Of a stretch of DNA of 64,000 nt, positions 28,861-39,252 are shown in pieces. Both the position numbers and the translations under genes were made by a program. The notes beneath the pieces were generated by a model. The model saw only the letters and a list, made by a program, of their open reading frames with translations, was not told where the DNA came from and did no database searches. Origin of the DNA: Ylistrum balloti (Eukaryota); the NCBI RefSeq assembly GCF_031769215.1, contig NW_026782016.1:992001-1056000 (forward strand), given 5' to 3'. Every line of letters begins with the position of its first letter. Position 1 is the stretch's first letter.

Positions 28861-30605
28861 TTTTGTTTTAAATTCAAGCAAATATAAACATGATCCCGTC
28901 TCCTTGATGATATCATCTCTGCTGTCTCAATTACCCTTATTCCGGTTTGGCAAGTACAGGATACCTTCATTGGACGCAATTTGTGTAACATGATACATGT
29001 ATCATGTTATTGTAAATTATTTGTAAATTAAGACACAATCTGATCAAACTTGTTTAAGTCACCAATGTATCGCTAGGTTTTAGTACATAATACATATATA
29101 TGACAGTGCGGGTATCTGATGTACCTATTGCGTAAATGCATTTGGCAAAAAGAGAGCAATGTTGAAAATATCTCCCCAAACGCATATAGGTATTTATTGA
29201 AATGATAAAACCACATATATCACAAAGAGAAGCAAAGAACTCAGTACAATGTTTTGAAAAAATATTGATTTTATTGATACGTAACCGGCACCATTATTAC
29301 TAAAAGCAGTGACATAAAACATCTTCCGAATAACATTATTGTACAAAAAAGTACCTAATACAACATTACTTATAGGCGAAATATAATTAATGTTATCACC
29401 TCTTTTATTGAACACCATAGCAAAACACCTTATTTGCAAATATTAGCATTCCTAATCCATGGGGCTGTCTGTAAACCGAGTTTAACTTGTACTAAACTTA
29501 AAATGCAATATACTTTTTTTAATGTATGTTCCGTTATGCAGAACTGTAGTTTTAATGATGGACATTGTTTCTATTTCCAAAACTTATACATAATCGCATG
29601 CTCCCGTCGTGTCGCTTTGTGTCACTTATATTAGCATTAACTGTAGTTTGCTTACAGAGTAGCATTGCATTAAGTACATAAAAAATGTCATCCTCAATTA
29701 CTTATTTACAGACTGAATTAATTAGCAAAAAATGATAATAAATTTTATATTTTATATAAGAAAGATGCATTGGTATTATATTGCATTGTGTGGACGAATT
29801 GTAAAATAACGCATTACATCCTACTCTTAACAATTTCCTGATGCTTAGGTTTTGATCGGAAACTCCCGCGTTTTCCAATGATATAGTTTGTATAAATTCG
29901 TACCATAACATCTGATACATTACAGGAAATGAAGCTGAATGATAAAACTAAAATCATAATGTCGATAAAAGAAATTATCTTTTTATATTTATATTTTGCA
30001 TCCTGACTTTTTAATTTAAATCAAGATTATATTCAAAAAGGTATGGATGCAGTCTGGACCACAGGATAATAACATGACGTCATTTTGACGCCATATTGAC
30101 TGAATTTAAGCGTCGACTGAGTAACATGCATTATAGCTTTGCATTTATCATTTTGATGATTATAATTCCCAAAAAGTTTTTCCAGTATATAAATATACAG
30201 CGAGCAAACCAATTTCAAATTAGAATAAAAACCATGGAAATGTTTTAAATGGTACCCGAAATGTAAATATGACTGAATGTCTCATATTGAATTTTTCGTC
30301 ACAGTGAATGCCATCTAGATGCCAGATAAGTATCATGACGTCCAAACGGACAACTCACGTGTCAGTGATTTCCTGATATTCACAAATATAAAGTAGTATT
30401 ACTTGAACGGTAAAAATAATAAATCAAATAAAAGCTCCATTTAAAGTATTACTATATTGATTTTAAACGCATATCCTATTACTATTGTTTAAGATATCGT
30501 TTTCCTTATGGATACGCAGCGAAACTTCTGGTTTTGCCGTAGCCTCTAATATACCATCTTCCACCAAACCAGACAGATACGATTCAACCTGACTAATCTC
30601 TAATA

Positions 30606-33600
30606 CTAGCCCAAAAAGTTGAAATAGGCTTTATGCTCCTCTCGGGAATGTATGTCGTACGCGGTGACCTCGATCTCTGCTCCCCCAAAAGTAAACTCTA
30701 CGTCGACACCTCGGTGTAACCCTCTGTCTGTGTTGGTCATTTCTACTATAAATTCGCCAATGTTTTCACAATCGTCCTCATCAATATAAGTCGGATTGGG
30801 GTTTTTGGATGTGTATACCAGGACAGGGAGTTTTGTTTGGTCTTTTTCCATTACCCAGTATCGCTCAGTACTTCCGATCAGTCCAACGGGCACCTGCTCT
30901 CCTTGTTTTACGTGTACACAAAAACACCCATTGCAAAGTGTCTTACCTTCATCAGTGAATTTGCGGCTTTCGTCATGAATTTTTGAATCAAATGGCATAT
31001 TGGTTCCAACCCCGTACGTTAAACGACTGATACGCTCAGTAATAGCGTCTAGCTCGTGGCCATTTATGACTGCGCCTTGCAGAACTGCCAATCCGGCTTC
31101 CTTTGGAATAATCAGCCGCTTCTTTGGGAACTTTTTCTCGATTTCTTCCTGCAGTAAAGGACATTCGGAGTAGCCACCTACCAGAAGGATGGCTTTGATG
31201 TGTTCTATTTCTGGTTTACGCAGAAGGTCGCTTATATGATCAATAATTGTTTTCACAGATTTGGAATATAATTTTTTTGCAAGATTCTTATCTAGCCGCA
31301 TCTTATCCAAATTCCATGTAATATCTTTATCAAATTTTGATTTTAGTCTTTGTGAGATATCCACGTTGGGGTTCATCTGTTCAAAGGTATCAAGAAGACT
31401 AATGGGGAGTGCAAATGTTATTTTAGATCCCTGTGTCGAACTAATACTTCGCTTCTTAACTTCGAATGTTCTTTGTAGTTCTAAATAGTCTGCCTGGTTT
31501 TCCTCTTTGAATTTTTTGACGACCTGGTCACCCAATATCTCCGAAAGTAGTTTCATAAATTCTGTGTCGACCATTATGCCACCCCATTCACCTCCATTTG
31601 CCATATACAGCTCCTTTAGTTTTAGGTCGTCCTGTACTTCATGTACGGTGATGTCTACGGTGCCACCTGGTGGTTAACAAAACAGTTGTAAATTAATGTA
31701 GTAGCTGGCTTATAATAAGTACATCCTGGGCTATCAATGATAAATATTCCCTGAGTATAAAACACACACTTTCCTAGTGCAATATCAATGGTCAAGTAAC
31801 GAATAACAGAAATCACATACATATCATACTTGTAACATAAACAAATATAAAATAATAATTTTTAAAAAAAAACAAGAAAAATATGAAACAAGATAGCCTG
31901 TGTAGTTTTTATACATCAATGTTATATATAATCAATGTAAAGCATTATCTAAGATAGCTGGTAAAGTCATTAAGATTAGCAAGAATGTTCATGATTAGAG
32001 ATACAGAACATAATTTGCAACATGCGAAACATAGAATCTACCATATATTTTTATGTGTGTTAAAATTGAAATGACATCATATTATAACAAAACAATAACG
32101 GCTACAAATCATGAAGTGATTATTGGATCATAGATTTTCACTTTTTCAAATACGGGATGGAATTTGCTTACATTATGGACTGTTTCTCTACGATGAATCA
32201 TAAAACGACAAATAAGTTCTATTGTATGTATTGTAGCATATATAAATGAACACGAACCTCCAACATCTAACACTAAGTATTGTGACCCAGGCTTGAACAC
32301 AGAGACGTTTCCTCCTTCACCTTTGGCCATTTCTGTCACAGGTAGATATTTGCAGAATAGCGCAGCGGCTTCAGCTTCGAGAGACATGATTAGCTGGGGG
32401 CCTGGAATGCCCGCCTATGAAATAAAAACCCTAGGCATAATATTCAATGTATGGAGAGAATATCTAACGGTTTTCTCTTTAATACCATGTATGTTTAACG
32501 ACCGCTTCCGGCATGATTTGCATGCACATTTACTTGCTAATCTAACAAGTGTCATTTTGGCAATGCTTCAAACATCACTTACGCATTTACTTATATTTTC
32601 AAACATATTTTTCAGTTTATTACGAAAAAAAAGCAGTAAGAAGGAGACTGCGTTGGTTGGGGGGATCATTGCTTGATTGCAAAAAGACACTCAAGTAGGT
32701 AGCACATTTCAAATAACAAATTAAACTGACAATAGAGAACCTCGGCATTGCTTTTGTGTTTTGGATACGTTTCACGAATAGGAATACAGTTTCCATGTAC
32801 ATCAGTGATTGCTCATGGACGAGATATAATTCGTCACCGAGGTGTTCAGCAGCGTTAAAGTGTGCATTTTATATACGTCCGCGACCTTACTCAAATATGC
32901 ATCATATCTTATAAAATGCGTTTTGATAAGACTTTTGATGACATTTTATGAGGTGGTCATCCTGTTTGCATTTTCCTACACCTATATAATCAGTTGCAAT
33001 ATTAGACTTAAAAATTAATTTATTGTCTAATAATGGGACATTGCAATTCAAAGAAGAATACAACATGTGCATAAACTTAAACATACCTGTACAGCACATT
33101 CCCTCATAAACTGCTTTGCACGATCATTCCAGATAGCAGGTATTGTGAGGACCCAACGTATTTCTGACATGCTGACATCAACACCTCGATTCTTGCAAGA
33201 GTCTAATAAATGGTCTTTGAGGAACCGGATGGAGCATGTAAACACCTTCATAGCTGTCATCTCTTTCCCATTGCTTGATTTCAGCTTCATACTGCGGGAT
33301 ATCTCCTTAAGAAAACAAGACAGAATGATAGCAAAGAAAATGCAAAACAAGCACAGTCTTCTTCTTCTTCTTCTTCTTCTTCTTCTTCTTCTTCTTCTTC
33401 TTCTTCTTCTTCTTCTTCTTCTTCTAATCATTCATGATTTCTTTATTACTTGGTATTTTCATACGGCAAAAACAGCAATGGCAGATTTCTACTTATGCTT
33501 TTATTATAATTATGTAATTATGGATAAAAAATGTGGGGAAAGGTTATCAAAATGACCCCTTTAACATTTCTTTCGCTTGAGCAATATATAAGTTCAGTGT

Positions 33601-35091
33601 AATCTATACTTGTTGGTATTGCTGCTGTGGTCGTCGTTGAAAAATATCATGAAAATACAAACATGTGAATCTTATCATAAGCCAAACTCAAAATCAATAC
33701 GACTAGGTCAAGACAAGATTATTAATGTTCATTAACATGCAAATTTTTGAAAACCTGTGTTATACGTTCGTGCATAAAAGGCTTGATATTGGGAACAAGC
33801 CCTTGAATACCGAATCAACTGTGACAAGTAAACACCATATGTTAGGGATGTCGGAGTGCTGATGTACAGGAATGGTAAATTCACAATAGGAAAATTAAAA
33901 CCATCGCGCTTATTTTACAGCTTGGTGGAAAACAGTTCATTTTGATTTCGATCAACGAATAGATACATGTAAGGTGTCGTCGATAAAACAGAAAAGGCCT
34001 TCCTTTCCGGAACAACTAGCCACGGGATCACAAAACCAACAACTTTATACATATTTCTTTCCTTTAAATTTCAACTCAGTTGATTTTTGTGAGTATCTAA
34101 GTCTTTACTTTCGATATGTGTATTTTAGATATTGATATTGAGAACAAGCTCCGGAAATATCCAATCAATCGCTTTTTACAACATAGTTTGTCGAAAGCTG
34201 ATCATATGGCTTGCATTACAAATAATCAATCTTTTTCTATGACCTTCCATTAGTTGGATTATACACTTCAAAAGTAAATAAGATATAATAACATCATTTA
34301 TGGAATGCAGAACATGTTATAAAACAATATGAGTATTTTGTAACATACCTTTTCTTCATAAAGCGTCATTTTGAAGCGACGAAAGAAAAACCAGTCTTTG
34401 TGTTCATTCTTCTGCATTAAATCAGCATATTTGTCTTCAGCTTCAAATCCAAAGGAATTCACTGTCTGGCTTTTATCAAAGAGAATACAGCTTGATGTCT
34501 TCAGAGACATCAAGTTCCCTGAATTGGCAGTCCATGTCGTGTTATATACTTTCAATGGGTTTAAGTTGTGTTCGAATTTAGTAGAGAAAGCATACCCAGA
34601 AAATGTTGAACCGAAATCTATCGCTGCTACCATCGTGTAAGGGATGTCTTTGAGGTCTCTTATCTGGAATCGAGAGCAATTTGATTTACGACAAAAGGTG
34701 GTGAGTTAGGAACTCGAATAAAGTTAGTGGTTATGCAATATTGTCTTTTTCTTTCTCTAGCCCAATATTTGACCTGTGTCTTGACTATCGCTTAATTGCA
34801 TATTGGCAATACAATTGTCTTATCCTTGGTGTGTTTTTGCTAGGATCACCATTTACGCATTTCGTTTATTCGTAGTTTGTCCCCTTTTTATCGATTTTGA
34901 ATTTAATTACGATTTTTTGACATATCATTATTCTCATTGATTGACTTAATAATATAAAGTACAATTGAAGATATTATTCTGATGGCTGTATATTGGTAAA
35001 TAAAATACGCCGGTCATACCCTTATACATTTGGTCTTGGTCTTGTCAACATGCGTCGAAGTGTCATGTCTACCAACCGGTTTCTGGGCCAT
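30606..35091 (-). CDS. HSPA12: HSPA12-family protein, copy 4, 5 coding exons, about 607 aa
   Basis: Exons 35091-35020 (MAQKPVGRH...KCIR), 34663-34349, 33305-33087, 32414-32258 and 31666-30606. GT-AG introns, 1824 nt in frame. Motifs: AIDFGSTFSG, WVLTIPAIW, LEAEAAA, DVGGGTVDI, LVGGYSE. Confidence 0.94.
33358..33425. repeat. (CTT)22 / (AAG)22 trinucleotide microsatellite in intron 2 of HSPA12 copy 4
   Basis: Directly visible; it produces the spurious poly-Arg and poly-Leu ORFs in the track. Confidence 0.98.
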
Positions 35092-37250
35092 GTTCTACAA
35101 GGAAACAACAGAGCATTAGAAAGTATGTAGGAATATGCTCAGAGTTAAATTTGCACCCTGGAACGTAAGTACCCGATAACGTGATAACATATGAGTAATC
35201 AACGTGTAACCTAAAGGAGGGAAACACAGATCGTATATCATAAATTGACAGTTATTTATCATATTTTCCTGATATGGAATAAATGTATTCATGCATGTAT
35301 GGTGTTTTATCTGGCTATTTCAAAGTTAACAGCATAAAATGCTGTGATATTTACCTGTATCAAAGAACAACACAAACCATGTCTTATTATTTAATCCAGG
35401 AAAAATCGCATTCATGCATTGAGAAATCCACAGATGAATGTCAACATAACTGATTGATGTGATTCATTCGAAACCAGACGCCATTTGTCTGTGCTGCCCA
35501 TATCAACAAATAGACAATTTGGCAAATAATACTAAAGTGATAAATTATACAATAGATTCCGTACGCATCGCTATATTCTATATGTATACCCAAAGTCTTT
35601 TTAATGTTCACCTCTGTGCACATGTTTTCTGGAAACGCAAACTCTACAAAATTGTTTTACTTTTGTTTACTGTCATGCACTACTGAAATTTCTTTTTCAG
35701 TTTCGATATGTCTTTGTTCTTATTCTTTCTATTTTGATTTAAAATCTATTTCTTGACTTCTTAATCACAAACTGCAAATGTCTTAACGACATCTTTCGTC
35801 GATCTCTAAATTGCAATTCCCAGAGACAGTCCACATGATCAAACTTGTCTCAAATATCAATTCTATTGGTAAGACGCGACTTAACAAGGCGGTTAGAACT
35901 TTGGAAAATTCCTGATATAATAAGCGGTAGAAAAGGAGTTAGATTTGATATACCGAGCTCGATAACAAGGTAGTAAAATGTGTTAGTCACCGAAAACACA
36001 AATACCAGCTGTAAAATCGTGTTAAATATCGTTATTGGGCAGATATTGTGGAAACAAGTGTGGATTGGGTTTACAATATATCTTTAACTGTCAAAAAGGC
36101 AAATAATACATCCGTGCAATTACTTAAGCGATATTCAGTTGTGTATGGAAAAGGTGTATAAGGAATACACTATATGTGCAATGTTGCGAGTATGTATTAG
36201 TAACAATTTAGCACTATTGTAAGCCGTCATGGTGGGTTGCCGATTTTATCGTACTGATAAGTACAGGCGATATTTGATATCGCAAGCAAATCACAATCCT
36301 ATCATACACTGTAAATAAATTGGAAAAAAAACCCTGTTCAACAATTTTTATTTTATTATCATTGCAGATGTATTTCAGGTGTATCATCTTATAAAAAAAT
36401 TTAGTTGGTTGACGCTGAATTAGGCTAATGTAAATGTTAACTAATTATTCTGAAGTAGCAAATATATCTCCGTTGATCAACGGTCTGTATAAGCAAACGT
36501 TTGCGTCATATGTGATAACGCATTCGAACACATTACATCAGTAATCAAGGATAGCTAACCACGTACATTTATCACGGTTAAAAACAAAATGTCAGCCAAA
36601 AAGGGAAGAATGTCCAGACAGGCAGCAGAACAACCTAGAATTTCGTCGGGGATGTTTACAATGCCGGATGGAAATCTCTCAGACGGGAATGCACTAACGA
36701 CAATGTGTGTCTTCTAATGGATTGACTGACAGACTGATCAATTGGAAATAGGTTGTTTACAATACATTTTTGGCTGGAGTGTCAAAGTTACAGAAACGAT
36801 GGCTGCTAATGTCACATTTCCGTTATTCCGAATCAAATATGAGTTATCAAACAATGTCTACGTGTCCATAACATAATCTAGGTGCTGGAAAGCTGTTGTT
36901 TACGTACTGTGTCACTACATTCTTTCTCCGTCTTCAGCCGTATTCGTGTATGCAAATGATTTACCTCGTTTTCGACAGAAACTAACTCTTAATGTTATCG
37001 AGTCTAAATTGTAGGGCGTTTAACCGAAGAAATAAAGTGGCCAAACTGGACACTAAAATTCAAGTGTGAATATCAGAATAACATAGAAACATAACTGGAA
37101 GCATATGAAACAATGCAACAAATCTAAAAAATAACTTTTCAACTTTACCGCGATGTGCCTTAGTGATTAAGCTTATGCCGAATGATGAAACAGTGCGTAA
37201 ATGTAGATAAAGTGGGGTTAAAACAACACAACATTACAATGTATACTTAC

Positions 37251-37574
37251 CTGATGGCGGTGTGTCAGGTCTGTCTTTTACAGTCAGATATTACGTGTGG
37301 TTATATATGTATCGATCTGAATGCACTGTAGTTTCAACTCTTAACAATTCCAACGGAGGTCTGTTGTGTATACATATCTTTACTTCTAAGTGGTATTGAT
37401 ATTAGCCTTATTCTGATATCGTCACTGGTAAATTACTTCCTGGTTTCAGATCTCACGTGATACTAATGAGATATTATGGCCCGATAACATTCTGAAGAAT
37501 TAAAGGCAAGATCAATCCACGTAAACGGCTGGTCGATACTTTGTAAACAGGGTACGATCCAGCGAAAACGACAG
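37251..37574. promoter_or_regulatory. Candidate bidirectional promoter between HSPA12 copies 4 and 5
   Basis: Two outward-facing consensus donors (CAG|GTAAGT on - at 37251, CAG|GTGAGT on + at 37574) flank an ETS-like ACTTCCTGG (37435-37443) and a CACGTG. This is inference only. Confidence 0.4.
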
Positions 37575-37880
37575 GTGAGTAGAAATTATTGTTTACCATA
37601 AATTATATTACGTAATATAGCACGGCCACTCGATAACTTTATAAACAGGGTAGGATATCGAGAAGAAGAATGTTATCACTCGTATGTAGGATCTTAACAA
37701 AGTTTACATTACGTATAAATCGCGGGCCCCGTCGATAACTTTATAAACAGGGAGGAATTCCGTGAAAAACAGGTGAGCACTCACATGCAAAATTGTTTAC
37801 CAGAGTTTACATGACGTAAAATAGGACGACCAGTCGATAACTCTGTAATCAGGACAGGATCCCCGTGAGGAAAATAGATG
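37530..37880. repeat. Diverged tandem repeat of about 100 bp, about 3.5 copies (TCGATAACTTTATAAACAGGG core)
   Basis: The core recurs near 37535, 37630, 37732 and 37834. Confidence 0.8.
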
Positions 37881-37960
37881 ATTACCATATTTAAACATGT
37901 CTGTATAGCCATTCTGAAGAGTCCATTGACGAAATGTAAAACGATATATTTAAATATATA

Positions 37961-37990
37961 TAGAGAGAGAGTGAGAGAGAGAGAGAGAGA
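37961..37990. repeat. (GA)n microsatellite, imperfect
   Basis: Directly visible in the sequence. Confidence 0.85.
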
Positions 37991-38051
37991 TGATATTGAA
38001 AAAAAAAGAATTCTTAATCAGTTAAGACTCATTGCTTTAAATTTGTCGAAG

Positions 38052-38382
38052 TTGTTTAAATATTCATATAACATACTGTAGGAGCACAATGAATCCTTAC
38101 AATACACTGTACATGCATATGTCTTTTAACTCACAGTGTACATGTATATAGAATTTACCTGGCCTATTTCAAATTCTTTAATAAATCGTGGTTTGAGCAA
38201 ACCTTGCCAATGTTTTGCAATAACATTTTTGAGTAATCTTTGTCAAGCGTCATGATTGCTGCATTGGTTACAAGCTTGCCTTTAACAAATGTATCTAAGC
38301 GCTCTAGGTCCTATTCTTCTATCGTATATGAAAGGATATGGTGATCACCTCCAACAAAGGACTGCTATTCGCGTCTAGAAGT
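38052..38382 (+). repeat. Dispersed repeat of about 290 bp, copy B (about 40 bp extra in the middle)
   Basis: Shares TACAATACACTGTACAT...GAATTTACCTGGCCTATTTCAAA...CCTCCAACAAAGGACT with 28567-28860. Confidence 0.9.
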
Positions 38383-39252
38383 GTATTAGATATATGTAGT
38401 CAGCATGTTTCTATTTTAGATCAGTTTATCTAAACACACCTTTTCAAACCCATCAGTTGTGACTAACACATTATATGAATAACACTAGTAGAAGAATTAA
38501 AAGCGGGTCAATGAATAAGATGGAGCATTGGAAAGCATAACGTTTTGTGTACTTTTATCTTCTTTCATTGAAAAATATTACTTTATATTCCTCTGATATC
38601 CTTCTTTGAATCTCCAAACTTAATAATATCAGGTTTCATTATCTTATACATGTACAGAAAATATGTTTAAGCAAATGGTTTTGTAATGTTTCTTTAAAAC
38701 ACACTCAACAGAGAAAGTTTCCAACATTCGCTAACACACAATCACTCCCAACAGACTTTGTAACAATAAATAAGCATATCAAATATAACTATTAACCAAT
38801 ATAATAATTTACTCATAAGATCATTATATTACATATCGAATAAATACATCGATAGTTTACCTTATTGACTTTGTTTTGGGCAATGTCCTCATTCAAAAGT
38901 TTATTGAAAAAGTAAAGTATAATATTATCAGAACAAGCCCAACAAGAATAAACTGTATTCTTGTATTAAACTAATATCTAAATTCCGTAACTGTCTGCAT
39001 GTGTTGATGATAAACATAATCGCAAAGCATTTAGTTTGCAGAAAGTGCAAACGATTTGTTTTGAATTCTTTTGGAACAGAAACGTATGACAATGAAAACA
39101 TTATACGCACTGTATGGTATCAGATTTTCTTCCGAGGCGTATTTTAATTCAGGTGGTTTTTTTTCAAAGTTATCATTATTGATATTGTAATATAAAATTT
39201 CACCCAAAGTGTAATACTTTAATTACAGTATCACCATGATTTTTTTCTAGCC

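Noticed and set aside
33048-33555. Poly-Arg and poly-Leu ORFs in the track
   Set aside because: They are translations of the intronic (CTT)22 microsatellite read through into or against exon 3 of HSPA12 copy 4.
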